Part shown: positions 16,597-28,093 of the stretch, one piece after another
Position numbering within the stretch: the stretch's first letter is position 1
How the letters are laid out: each line of letters opens with the position of its first letter
Assembly (NCBI GenBank): GCA_037127585.1
Contig: JBAXYB010000005.1
Coordinates: 603-64,602, forward strand
Reading direction: 5' to 3'
Source: Verrucomicrobiota bacterium
GTDB taxonomy: Bacteria > Verrucomicrobiota > Verrucomicrobiia > Palsa-1439
Length of the DNA: 64,000 nucleotides
Made by a program: the position numbers and the translations under genes
The notes under the pieces: model-generated
The model's input: only the letters and a program-made list of their open reading frames with translations
Databases searched by the model: none
What the model was told of the DNA's origin: nothing

Positions 16597-17825
16597 CGCG
16601 CTTGCCGTTTGAACTCTTTCTCGGACTCCGGTATCTCAAACCGAAACGCTCGTTTGTTTCTGCGATCACGTTGATCTCGTTGCTCGGTGTGACCCTCGGC
16701 GTCTGGGTGCTCATCGTTGTCATCGCCGTGATGAGCGGGTTCGACCGGGAACTCCGCGACAAACTCATGAGCATGCACGCGCATGTGACCGTGACCGGCG
16801 GCCTGATTCAGAATGGTGACGAAATCCTCGATGTCGTTTTGCACACCCCGCGCGTGAAAGCCGTCGCGCCGTTCGCCATGGGCTTGGTGCTTGTCGAGTT
16901 TCAGAAGCACGTCGCCACCCCGTACCTGAAAGGCATCGACCCGGTTCGCGAGGTCAAAGTCAGCCGGTTGGCCTCCTACATCAAGGAAGGTAAACTCGAT
17001 GTGGCCGGCGAGAAGGTTGTCATCGGTCAGGAGCTCGCGCAGCAGTACGGCATTTTCCTCGGCGACAAAATCACCGTCTACTCACCACGCAACATCGAGA
17101 AAAAGGGCGAGGAAGTTTACCTGCCGATGGAACTCACCGTGACCGGCATCTTCTCGTCGGGCATGTACGAGTACGACATCGGTCTCATCTTCACCTCGTT
17201 GGAAACCGCGCAAGAACTCTACAACCTCAACGGCGCGATTCATGGCGTCGAAGCCATCACCGACGATCCATTCATGGGTTCGCACGAGGTTGCCGCGGCG
17301 CTCCGGCAGAGCTTGCCGGCACCATTGCGGGCCCAGACATGGATGGACATGAACGAAAAACTGCTCGGCGCGATTCAAGTCGAGAAGACTGCGATGTTCC
17401 TCATTCTCAGCCTCGTCATCGTCGTCGCGGCATTCTGTGTCATGGGCACGCTCATTACCGTTGCGGCCCAAAAGACCAATGAGATCGGCGTGTTGAAAGC
17501 GATGGGCGCGACGCCGTTTCGCATCGCTCGATTATTTCTCTTTCAAGGTTTCATCGTCGGCCTCATCGGTGTCGCAATGGGGCTCGTTCTTGGCCTGCTG
17601 ACGATTGACCACATCGAACAAATCCGGCGCTTCCTCGCCGACGTGCTTCATCTCGATCTGTTCCCGCGTGAAATTTACAACCTCACGAAGATTCCGACGT
17701 ACCTGACCACGCGCGATCTCGTGACCATTGCGGTGTCCGCACAAATTATCGCCACATTGGGAGGCCTGTTGCCGGCGTTGTGGGCGGCCTTTTTGGAACC
17801 AGTGGAGGCGCTCCGACATGAGTGA
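16593..17825 (+). CDS. lolC: LolC/LolE family lipoprotein-releasing ABC permease (FtsX-like)
   Basis: N-terminus PFELFLGLRYLKPKRSFVSAITLISLLGVTLGV, a large periplasmic loop and the C-terminal FtsX 3-TM module. ATGA overlap with lysS. Confidence 0.85.
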   Translation: MTRLPFELFLGLRYLKPKRSFVSAITLISLLGVTLGVWVLIVVIAVMSGFDRELRDKLMSMHAHVTVTGGLIQNGDEILDVVLHTPRVKAVAPFAMGLVLVEFQKHVATPYLKGIDPVREVKVSRLASYIKEGKLDVAGEKVVIGQELAQQYGIFLGDKITVYSPRNIEKKGEEVYLPMELTVTGIFSSGMYEYDIGLIFTSLETAQELYNLNGAIHGVEAITDDPFMGSHEVAAALRQSLPAPLRAQTWMDMNEKLLGAIQVEKTAMFLILSLVIVVAAFCVMGTLITVAAQKTNEIGVLKAMGATPFRIARLFLFQGFIVGLIGVAMGLVLGLLTIDHIEQIRRFLADVLHLDLFPREIYNLTKIPTYLTTRDLVTIAVSAQIIATLGGLLPALWAAFLEPVEALRHE

Positions 17826-18477
17826 GCCGATTCTCTCCGCTCGGGATCTCCGCAAGATTTACCGGCTTGGCAAACACGAAGTCGCGGTACTCAACGGCGT
17901 GAATCTCGATGTGAAGCCCGGCGAAGTTCTCGTCATCGTCGGTGCCTCTGGTGCCGGCAAGAGCACGTTGCTGCATCTGCTCGGTGGACTCGATAAGCCA
18001 ACGGCTGGCACGGTGCAGTTTGCCGGCAAGTCGTTGGCCGATATGGATCGGACGCGGTGGCGCAACGAACGGGTCGGATTTGTTTTTCAATCGTACAATC
18101 TCTTACCGGAACTCGACGCGCTCGAAAATGTCTGCGTGCCGGCGATGGTTGCCGGTCGGCGCGAGGTGGAGCGCGGCCGGGAATTGCTCAAGGCAGTTGG
18201 GTTGGGCGAACGACTCGAACACCGGCCAGCCGAGTTAAGCGGTGGTGAACAACAACGCGTGGCTATCGCACGGGCATTGATGAACAAGCCGACGTTGCTG
18301 CTGGCCGATGAACCGACCGGCAATCTCGACGACAAGACGAGCGAATCGATCTTGGATTTGCTCTGGAAGATGCGCGCCGAGACCGGCGCGACATTGGTGA
18401 TGGTGACGCACGATCAACACGTCGCCAAGCGCGGCGAGCGCGTGTTGGAGATTGTGGGCGGAAAGATCGCAGCTTGA
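17818..18477 (+). CDS. lolD: lipoprotein-releasing system ATP-binding protein
   Basis: Walker A GASGAGKST, LSGGEQQRVAIARAL, Walker B LLLADEPTGNLD. ATG at 17818 overlaps the lolC stop. The upstream part of ORF 17728 is rejected. Confidence 0.85.
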   Translation: MSEPILSARDLRKIYRLGKHEVAVLNGVNLDVKPGEVLVIVGASGAGKSTLLHLLGGLDKPTAGTVQFAGKSLADMDRTRWRNERVGFVFQSYNLLPELDALENVCVPAMVAGRREVERGRELLKAVGLGERLEHRPAELSGGEQQRVAIARALMNKPTLLLADEPTGNLDDKTSESILDLLWKMRAETGATLVMVTHDQHVAKRGERVLEIVGGKIAA

Positions 18478-19981
18478 ACAGCCAGACGAGCTGCCGATAG
18501 AATCAGCCCGCGTGAACACACCGGGTCAACCAGCCAGAACAATTATCGACAATACAAGTCCGGTCACGGTTGGGGTTCAGTCGCAATCTGACTTTGGGGA
18601 CTACGAGTTGCTGGAGGAATTGGGGCGGGGCGCGATGGGGGTGGTTTACAAAGCGCGCCAGAAAGACCTCGACCGGCTCGTTGCGATCAAGGTGATTTTG
18701 ACCGCGCGCATCGCCTCGCCACAACAGGTCGAGCGGTTCCGAGCGGAGGCCCGCGCGGCGGCCAAGTTGCAGCATCCGAATTGCGTTCACATCTACGAAG
18801 CCGGGGAGGTGCGGGGGAGTCATTACTTTGCGATGGAGTACATCGCCGGTCGCAGTTTGGCTGACGCGATGCAGAGTCGACAATGGGAGTTTGAGGAAAT
18901 TGCGGAGTTGATCAGCAAGGTCGCGCGGGCGGTTGAACATCTCCACGCCCAAGGCATTTTGCACCGTGACCTGAAACCGTCGAACATCCTACTCGATAAA
19001 CAGGAGCAGCCGTTCGTCACGGATTTTGGGTTGGCGATGATGTTGGAACGCGAGACGGATTTGGACAAACGCATCGGGATTGCCGGGACACCGAATTATA
19101 TGGCGCCCGAGCAAGCGGGCGGAGTCGCGGCATTCATCGGCCCACGGACGGATGTGTATGGACTCGGCGCGGTGTTGTTTCATCTGTTGACGAACCAGCC
19201 GCCCTTCGGCGCCGGTACGACCATGGACACGTTGGTGCAGGTGATGGAAGGCGAACCGCCGCGGCCGCGCTCGCTCCGACCGCTCATCCCGGCGGAGTTG
19301 GAGACGATCTGCCTGCATTGCCTGGAGCGGCACCCCGATGACCGGTATCGGTCTGCCGCCGCGTTAGCCGACGATCTGGACCGGTATCTCCGCGGCGAAG
19401 CCGTTGAAGCGCGGCCGGGTGGTTTGTTTCATTCGTTAAAAAGTTGGGCCCGCCGGCAACCGGCCCTCGTCTCGCGGCTGGCCGGTTTCGCCGCGTGCTT
19501 CATGATCGCTGAACTCAATTTTCATTTCGCCGGTGAACCGGTTGTCCAGCACCAACAAATCCTCATCACGCTGGCTTTGTGGAGTGCCGCGTCGGTGTTC
19601 TGTCAGTGGTGTCTCGGCAAAGAACGCTGGGCTGAATCGGCCCGGTGGGCTTGGGCAGCCATCGACGTGATTTTGCTGACGATGTTGCTGCGCATCTTGG
19701 GCGCGGTGAACAGCGCGCTCGTGACTGGTTACGCCGTGGCGATTGCGGGAGCGGGATTGTGGTTTCGTGAGCGGCTCGTCTGGCTGGTGACCGGCACATC
19801 GGCGGTGGGCTACGCGGTGATTGTCGCCGACGGGTATTTGCATGATCTCCCGATGCCGTCGCCGCACTGGCATTTGGTTTTGATTGCGTTGCTGCTCGTG
19901 CTCGGTTGGGTGGTCGCGCACCAAGTCCACCGGATTCGCCGGCTCAGCCGGTACTACAAACGCGAAAACGCCAAGCGCTGA
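18452..19981 (+). CDS. Ser/Thr protein kinase with a C-terminal polytopic membrane domain
   Basis: Hanks kinase motifs (GRGAMGVVYKA, VAIK, HRDLKPSNILL, DFGLA, GTPNYMAPE) followed by about 5 TMs. Start is uncertain: TTG 18452 overlapping lolD, or GTG 18512. Confidence 0.85.
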   Translation: MWAERSQLEQPDELPIESARVNTPGQPARTIIDNTSPVTVGVQSQSDFGDYELLEELGRGAMGVVYKARQKDLDRLVAIKVILTARIASPQQVERFRAEARAAAKLQHPNCVHIYEAGEVRGSHYFAMEYIAGRSLADAMQSRQWEFEEIAELISKVARAVEHLHAQGILHRDLKPSNILLDKQEQPFVTDFGLAMMLERETDLDKRIGIAGTPNYMAPEQAGGVAAFIGPRTDVYGLGAVLFHLLTNQPPFGAGTTMDTLVQVMEGEPPRPRSLRPLIPAELETICLHCLERHPDDRYRSAAALADDLDRYLRGEAVEARPGGLFHSLKSWARRQPALVSRLAGFAACFMIAELNFHFAGEPVVQHQQILITLALWSAASVFCQWCLGKERWAESARWAWAAIDVILLTMLLRILGAVNSALVTGYAVAIAGAGLWFRERLVWLVTGTSAVGYAVIVADGYLHDLPMPSPHWHLVLIALLLVLGWVVAHQVHRIRRLSRYYKRENAKR

Positions 19982-20044
19982 GAACTCAGGCCGGGCTTTC
20001 TTTTGGTTGCAGGCTACCGGTCTCTGCTGTAAATACCTTCACGA

Positions 20045-20911
20045 ATGAAAATCTTTTTGGATGGAAAATATGTCGAAGAAGCCGACGCGAAGGTGTCGGT
20101 CTTCGATCATGGGTTGTTGTACGGCGACGGAATCTTCGAGGGGATTCGTGTGTACGGCGGGAAAATATTCCGGTTGGAGCAGCATCTCGACCGGCTGTTC
20201 GCGTCCGGCAAGGCGATCATGTTGCAGGTGCCGATGTCGAAGGTGGCGCTGACGGAAGCTTGCCGGGAGACTTGCCGGCTCAATGGAATTAAGGATGGAT
20301 ATATCCGGTTGGTCGTGACGCGGGGCGTCGGCTACCTGGGCTTGTCGCCGTTTAAGTGCAAGAGTCCGACGGTGTTTATCATTGCGGCGACGATCGAGCT
20401 TTATCCGGAGGAGGTTTACCGGAACGGGTTGAAGTTGATCACGGCGGCGACGATTCGGACGAATCCGGCGGCGTTCAGTCCGGCGGTGAAGTCGTTGAAT
20501 TATTTGAACAACATCATGGCGAAGATCGAGGCGATCAATGCCGGGACGGTCGAGGCGTTGATGTTGAATGACTCGGGCTTTGTCGCGGAATGCTCGGGCG
20601 ATAATGTGTTTATCATTCGCGGCGGGAAGTTGGAGACGCCGCCGGCGAGTGCGGGGTCGTTGAACGGGATCACGCGGGCGGCGGTCATGGAGTTGGCCGG
20701 GAAGTTGGGGATCCCGGTGAGCGAGCCGAACCTGACCCGGTATGATGTGATGACAGCGGATGAGTGTTTCTTGACGGGCACGGCGGCGGAGATTGTGCCG
20801 GTGGCGTCGTTGGATGCGCGGATCATTGGGGCCGGGAAACCGGGGCCGGTCACGTTGCAATTGATCGAGGAGTTCCGTAAGTTGACTCGCGTGGAGGGAA
20901 CGCCGATATAA
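20045..20911 (+). CDS. ilvE: class IV PLP aminotransferase (branched-chain amino acid aminotransferase type)
   Basis: 288 aa; FDHGLLYGDGIFEGIRVY and the KSLNYLNNI region are typical of fold-type IV BCAT/DAAT enzymes. Confidence 0.75.
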   Translation: MKIFLDGKYVEEADAKVSVFDHGLLYGDGIFEGIRVYGGKIFRLEQHLDRLFASGKAIMLQVPMSKVALTEACRETCRLNGIKDGYIRLVVTRGVGYLGLSPFKCKSPTVFIIAATIELYPEEVYRNGLKLITAATIRTNPAAFSPAVKSLNYLNNIMAKIEAINAGTVEALMLNDSGFVAECSGDNVFIIRGGKLETPPASAGSLNGITRAAVMELAGKLGIPVSEPNLTRYDVMTADECFLTGTAAEIVPVASLDARIIGAGKPGPVTLQLIEEFRKLTRVEGTPI

Positions 20912-21408
20912 TGCAGTGCGATATTTGCAAAAAGAATGAAGCGACGGTGCATCTGACGCAGATCATCGACAATAAGATGTTGAAGGTGGATCTGTGCGAC
21001 GGGTGTTCGAAGACGAAGGGCATTCAGGAGACGACCGGGTTTTCGTTGGCGGATTTGCACATCGGGCTTGGGGCCGGCGAGGACATTGCCGGCGATGCGG
21101 ATTTGAAGTGCAAGGTGTGCGGGTTCACGCAGGCGGATTTTAAGAAGACGGGCCGGCTGGGGTGCAGTGCGTGTTGGGGGACGTTTGAGGCGGGGTTGGC
21201 GCCGTTGTTGAAGGCGATGCACAAGAGTGACCGGCATGTGGGGAAGGTGCCGGGCAAAGCGGCGCACACGTTGGTGATCACGGAGCAGATTAAGGATTTG
21301 GCGGGGGAGTTGGAGAAGGCGGTGCGCGGGGAGAAGTACGAGGACGCGGCGCATATTCGCGACCAGATCCGGGAGTTGGAGTCGAAGTTAAAAATTTCAG
21401 CCGTATGA
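20911..21408 (+). CDS. mcsA: McsA-like protein arginine kinase activator (two CxxC zinc-finger pairs plus UVR motif)
   Basis: CDICKK...CDGC and CKVCGF...CSACW pairs, with a C-terminal UVR motif EKYEDAAHIRDQIRELE. Start shares 1 nt with the ilvE stop (TAATG). Confidence 0.8.
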   Translation: MQCDICKKNEATVHLTQIIDNKMLKVDLCDGCSKTKGIQETTGFSLADLHIGLGAGEDIAGDADLKCKVCGFTQADFKKTGRLGCSACWGTFEAGLAPLLKAMHKSDRHVGKVPGKAAHTLVITEQIKDLAGELEKAVRGEKYEDAAHIRDQIRELESKLKISAV

Positions 21409-22511
21409 AGATTGACGAACTATTAAGCAGCCCAAGCGAGTGGGTTCGGACGGAAGGTCCGAACAGTAAAATTGTCATGTCGAGCCGGGTCCGGTTCGCC
21501 CGGAATTTGCGGAATGTGGCGTTTCCCGGTTGGGCGAAGAAGGCGGAACGGCAGAAGTTGTTGGAGTTGATCCGGCCAGTGGTTGAGCAGTTGCCGGAGA
21601 TGGCGAGTTCGTTCAGTGATTCGATGGATAATCTGGCGGCGCTGGACAAGCAGGTGCTTGTGGAGCGCCACCTGATCAGCCGGGAACATGCGGCCAAGAA
21701 CGTCGGGAGCGGCGTGGTCATTAATGACAAAGAGACGTTGAGCGTGATGATCAACGAGGAAGATCATTTGCGGATGCAGGCGATCAAGTCGGGGTTGCAG
21801 CTCAAGAGCATTTTTAAGTTGATCGATAAGGTGGATACCGAGTTGGAAGGGGTGCTGGATTTTGCGTATTCGCCCCGGTTGGGTTATCTGACGGCGTGTC
21901 CGACGAATGTCGGCACCGGCATGCGGGCGTCGGCGATGGTGCATTTGCCGGCCATGGTGTTGAGCGATCAGATTAACCAAGTTGTCCAAGCGGTGAACAA
22001 ATTGGGACTGGCGGTGCGCGGATTATACGGAGAGGGGACGGAAGCGTTGGGAAATGTTTTCCAGGTCTCGAATCAGACGACGCTCGGCGAGAAGGAAACG
22101 GACGTTATTGACCGGCTGAATAAGGTAATCTTGCAAATCATCGATCACGAAGAGAATGCGCGGATTACGCTGCTTGAAAAGAAGCCGCGGTTAGCCTACG
22201 ATCAGGTGGGTCGGGCGTATGGAGTGTTGACCAACGCCCACACCGTTAGTTCCAAGGAGGCACTGAATCTGCTAAGTTTGTTACGTATGGGGGTTGATTT
22301 AGAACTTTTCCCGGCGGGGACCCGGCTGATCGTGGACGAGTTGTTCATTGTGGCCCAGCCCGCGCACGTGCAGAAAGCCGCGGAGCGTAAGCTCACTGCG
22401 GAAGAACGCGACATCTTTCGCGCGGATTTGATCCGGCAGCGGTTGAAAGATGTCACGAAACCAACAGTCGCAACCGCCGCGCCCCCAGAAGGGCCGGCCG
22501 AGTTAGCTTAA
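21405..22511 (+). CDS. mcsB: protein arginine kinase (ATP:guanido phosphotransferase)
   Basis: NEEDHLRMQ and the CPTNVGTGMRAS phosphagen-kinase signature. ATGA overlap with mcsA. Confidence 0.9.
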   Translation: MKIDELLSSPSEWVRTEGPNSKIVMSSRVRFARNLRNVAFPGWAKKAERQKLLELIRPVVEQLPEMASSFSDSMDNLAALDKQVLVERHLISREHAAKNVGSGVVINDKETLSVMINEEDHLRMQAIKSGLQLKSIFKLIDKVDTELEGVLDFAYSPRLGYLTACPTNVGTGMRASAMVHLPAMVLSDQINQVVQAVNKLGLAVRGLYGEGTEALGNVFQVSNQTTLGEKETDVIDRLNKVILQIIDHEENARITLLEKKPRLAYDQVGRAYGVLTNAHTVSSKEALNLLSLLRMGVDLELFPAGTRLIVDELFIVAQPAHVQKAAERKLTAEERDIFRADLIRQRLKDVTKPTVATAAPPEGPAELA

Positions 22512-22523
22512 GGGGGACAGCTT

Positions 22524-24998
<2,475 letters not shown>

Positions 24999-25022
24999 GT
25001 CCGGTAAGCTTGCGAAACTATG

Positions 25023-25056
25023 AAGGGCGCACAGTAATGTGCGCCCTTTAGTTTCT
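25023..25056 (+). terminator. rho-independent terminator after clpC
   Basis: AAGGGCGCACA / TGTGCGCCCTT stem with a GTAA loop, followed by TAGTTTCTC. Confidence 0.7.
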
Positions 25057-25153
25057 CCGAAAACTACCAATTAGCGGCCGAATTGAGAGAATCCCGGCAA
25101 CTCTAGTTTAGTTATCGTCATGGCCTTGAAGCTGCTTTTATGAGGGTCTTGCA

Positions 25154-26197
25154 ATGACAATTTTTGCTCTCAGAATATTTTTCCTCCTCCTCTGCGTCCT
25201 CGGCAGTTGGGCGATTGGCCAGCTCAACGACATGTGGGAGAAGCATCCCATTGTGGCGATCTTCCTCGGCTTGATCGGCGGTGGGGCCGTGATCATGTTC
25301 GACCGGTTTCTGAAAGGTTTTTCGTTGCGCGGCCTATCCTCGGCCACGTTTGGCATTTTCATCGGCTGGACGATCAGCTACTTAATTGGCAATTCGGTTC
25401 TCTTTAGTTTCATCGACGCCCAACCCAAGCTCATCGCCCAAATCGTGATGTACGTTGTTTTCACCTATCTCGGCATGATGATCGCCTTGCGCGGCAGCGA
25501 CGAGTTCAACCTCGTCATCCCGTATATCCGTTTCCGTCGCGAAGACAAACCCGAGCGCCTCATCCTGCTCGACACGAACATCATCATTGACGGCCGGATC
25601 CTCGATGTCTGCGCCACCGGCTTTCTCCCGGCCGTCTTTGTCATTCCCCGCTTCGTGCTCGCCGAACTGCAATACATCGCGGATGCCGGCGACGAAAACC
25701 GGCGGGCCCGCGGCAAACGCGGTCTCGACGTTCTCAATGCGCTCCAAAAAAATCCCCATGTCGAAGTGAAAATCAGCGATGAAGACGTGCTCGGCATCAA
25801 AGAAGTGGATGCCAAACTTGTGCAACTGGCCAAACAGCTCAACGCCGAAATCATCACCAACGACTACAATCTCAACCGCATCGCGGAACTCCAGCGCGTC
25901 AAGACGATCAACCTCATCGAACTCGCGAAAGCACTCCGCCCGGTTATCTTGCCGGGCGAAAAGCTCCACGTGAAACTCGTCAAAGACGGCCGGGAAGCCG
26001 ACCAAGCCGTCGCCTACCTCGACGACGGGACGATGATTGTTGTCAACCATGGCCGCCGGCAAATGGGTCATGAAATCGAAGTTGTTATCGATAGCGTCCT
26101 CCAAACCTCCGCCGGTCGCATGGCCTTTGCGAACCCGGTTCTCCTCGCAAAAGTCGGGACAGCGCTGGCTTCCGGCGAACTTGCGCAAACGAAATAG
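25154..26197 (+). CDS. membrane-anchored PIN and TRAM domain protein (YacL-like)
   Basis: 4 N-terminal TMs, a PIN core (LILLDTNIIIDGRILD ... ITNDYNLNRIA) and a C-terminal TRAM-like beta domain (GEKLHVKLVKDGREADQAVAYLDDGTMIVV). Confidence 0.8.
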   Translation: MTIFALRIFFLLLCVLGSWAIGQLNDMWEKHPIVAIFLGLIGGGAVIMFDRFLKGFSLRGLSSATFGIFIGWTISYLIGNSVLFSFIDAQPKLIAQIVMYVVFTYLGMMIALRGSDEFNLVIPYIRFRREDKPERLILLDTNIIIDGRILDVCATGFLPAVFVIPRFVLAELQYIADAGDENRRARGKRGLDVLNALQKNPHVEVKISDEDVLGIKEVDAKLVQLAKQLNAEIITNDYNLNRIAELQRVKTINLIELAKALRPVILPGEKLHVKLVKDGREADQAVAYLDDGTMIVVNHGRRQMGHEIEVVIDSVLQTSAGRMAFANPVLLAKVGTALASGELAQTK

Positions 26198-26216
26198 CTT
26201 CTGCTAGTCTGCCGGC

Positions 26217-26885
26217 ATGGTCACCGCCATCGTGCTTGCTGCCGGCCGCTCCACGCGGATGGGCGGCGGGACGAATAAACAATTTATTGATCTTCTCGGG
26301 AAACCCTTGATCTGGTACGCACTCACTGCGTTCCAGCAATGCCGGCTCGTCACCGAAATCATCCTCGTGCGCCGGCCCGACTACGCTGCGGAAGCGACGG
26401 AGATCGCGAGGGAATTCTCAAAGGTCGTCGCGTTTGCCGAGGGCGGAGTCGAACGGCAGAACTCGGTCTGGAACGGTTTGGAGAAAGCCACCGGCGAGAT
26501 CGTTGCCGTCCACGATGGCGCACGGCCCTTAGTCACACCGGCCTTGATCGAAGCGACCGTCGAGAGTGCCCGACAACATGGCACCGGTATCGCCGCCACC
26601 AAGGTCGTGGACACGATCAAGGAAGCCGACGGCAAGATTGTTTCCCGTACCGTGGATCGCACCAAACTCTGGGCCGTCCAAACGCCGCAGACCGTCCGCC
26701 GGGATTTGCTCCGGGAAGCCTATGGGGCCGTGTTCAAGAAAGCCCTCATCGTTACCGACGAAGCTGCCGCCGTCGAACTCCTCGGTCACCGGGTCGATTT
26801 GGTGGAGACGCCGTTCCTCAATCTGAAGATTACCACACCCACCGATCTCGCCATGGCAGAAGCATTGCTCCGGCAACGCCAATGA
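26217..26885 (+). CDS. ispD: 2-C-methyl-D-erythritol 4-phosphate cytidylyltransferase
   Basis: AIVLAAGRSTRMGG..NKQF, VHDGARP and VDTIK motifs. Confidence 0.9.
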   Translation: MVTAIVLAAGRSTRMGGGTNKQFIDLLGKPLIWYALTAFQQCRLVTEIILVRRPDYAAEATEIAREFSKVVAFAEGGVERQNSVWNGLEKATGEIVAVHDGARPLVTPALIEATVESARQHGTGIAATKVVDTIKEADGKIVSRTVDRTKLWAVQTPQTVRRDLLREAYGAVFKKALIVTDEAAAVELLGHRVDLVETPFLNLKITTPTDLAMAEALLRQRQ

Positions 26886-27607
26886 CGGCTCGACACATTG
26901 TGGCGTTGGGTGGTGGAGGCTTCAGCATGGAGCCAGAGAATCCGTTCCTCGACGATTTCATTCTTGAGTTATCCGGGAAACGGCGACCCAAGATTGTGTT
27001 CTTAGCAACCGCCAGCGGTGATGCGGACGGATACATCGAGCGCTTCTATAAAGCAATGCCCCAGCGCCGGTGTCAGGCATCACATTTGTCTCTTTTCAAA
27101 CGGACGATCGTGGATTCGACGGCGTTCTTGCTTCGGCACGATGTCATCTACGTTGGCGGCGGAAACACGGCCAACATGCTGGCGATTTGGCGCGTGCATG
27201 GTGTTGATCGTGCGCTGCGAACCGCATGGCGGCAGGGCGTGGTGTTGGCCGGCATCAGTGCGGGCGCTAATTGCTGGTTTGAAGCGTCGAGCACCGACTC
27301 ATTCGGACCATTGTCAGTCTTACGCGACGGTTTGGGTTTGCTTCCGGGATCGGTTTGTCCGCATTACGATGGGGAAAAGAATCGCCGGCCAACATTTCAT
27401 CGATTTGTTGCCAGCAATCAACTACCGGGCGGGTACGCCTTGGACGACGGTGCCGCGGTTCACTTTGTCGGACGACGATTGGCGGAGGCCGTTAGTTCCC
27501 GGCCACAGGCGAAAGCGTACCGCGTTTTTTCCCATAAGCGGCGGGTAGTCGAAGAAGTGATCACAACCCGATTTCTCGGCGTTGCGTCATCTGCGGCTGT
27601 GCGATAG
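26882..27607 (+). CDS. peptidase S51 (dipeptidase E-like, class I glutamine-amidotransferase-like fold)
   Basis: MTARHIVALGGGGFSME, IVFLATASGD, VIYVGGGNTANML and the GISAGANCWFE nucleophile elbow. ATG 26882 overlaps the ispD stop (ATGA). The upstream 181 codons of ORF 26339 are rejected. Confidence 0.75.
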   Translation: MTARHIVALGGGGFSMEPENPFLDDFILELSGKRRPKIVFLATASGDADGYIERFYKAMPQRRCQASHLSLFKRTIVDSTAFLLRHDVIYVGGGNTANMLAIWRVHGVDRALRTAWRQGVVLAGISAGANCWFEASSTDSFGPLSVLRDGLGLLPGSVCPHYDGEKNRRPTFHRFVASNQLPGGYALDDGAAVHFVGRRLAEAVSSRPQAKAYRVFSHKRRVVEEVITTRFLGVASSAAVR

Positions 27608-27619
27608 ACTGCGCGCCTT

Positions 27620-28093
27620 ATGAATCGCGTTGGCATTGGTATTGACGTTCATCGTTTCGCCCCGAACCGCAAGTGCGTCATTGGCGGCGTTCAAATCCCG
27701 CATGAGCAAGGCCTCCTTGGCCACAGCGATGCCGATGTCCTGGCGCACGCGATTGCCGACGCATTGCTCGGAGCAGTTTCACTCGGGGACATCGGCAAGT
27801 TCTATCCCGACACCGACCTGCAGTGGAAAGACATGAACAGCATGATCATCCTCCGCGATGTTGCTGAGAAATTTCGGGAACTGAAAGCCAAGATCAACAA
27901 CATCGATGCCGCCATCGTGGCGCAAGTCCCCAAAATCTCCCCGCACATTCCGAAGATGCAGGAAATCATGGCCGCCAACCTCGGCATCCGGCCCGACCAA
28001 ATCGGCATCAAAGCCACGACCAGTGAACTGATGGGTTTTACCGGTCGCAAAGAAGGGGTCGTCGCCATCGCCATGGTCAGCGTCGAACTGTGA
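27620..28093 (+). CDS. ispF: 2-C-methyl-D-erythritol 2,4-cyclodiphosphate synthase
   Basis: GIGIDVHRF, GHSDADVLAHA and ITMKATTSE-like (IGIKATTSELMGF) motifs. Confidence 0.92.
   Translation: MNRVGIGIDVHRFAPNRKCVIGGVQIPHEQGLLGHSDADVLAHAIADALLGAVSLGDIGKFYPDTDLQWKDMNSMIILRDVAEKFRELKAKINNIDAAIVAQVPKISPHIPKMQEIMAANLGIRPDQIGIKATTSELMGFTGRKEGVVAIAMVSVEL

Noticed and set aside
20850-20915. CtsR operator upstream of mcsA
   Set aside because: The mcsA start overlaps the ilvE stop, so there is no intergenic DNA. I saw no tandem GGTCAAA-type heptads in the ilvE 3-prime end.
20039-21354. 273-aa and 284-aa minus-strand ORFs
   Set aside because: They are antisense to ilvE and mcsA, Arg/Pro-rich, and have no motifs.
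26339-26881. Upstream 181 codons of the 422-aa ORF 26339..27607
   Set aside because: This part overlaps ispD in another frame and reads as Arg/Pro/Gly-rich noise. The S51 peptidase homology begins at the ATG at 26882.
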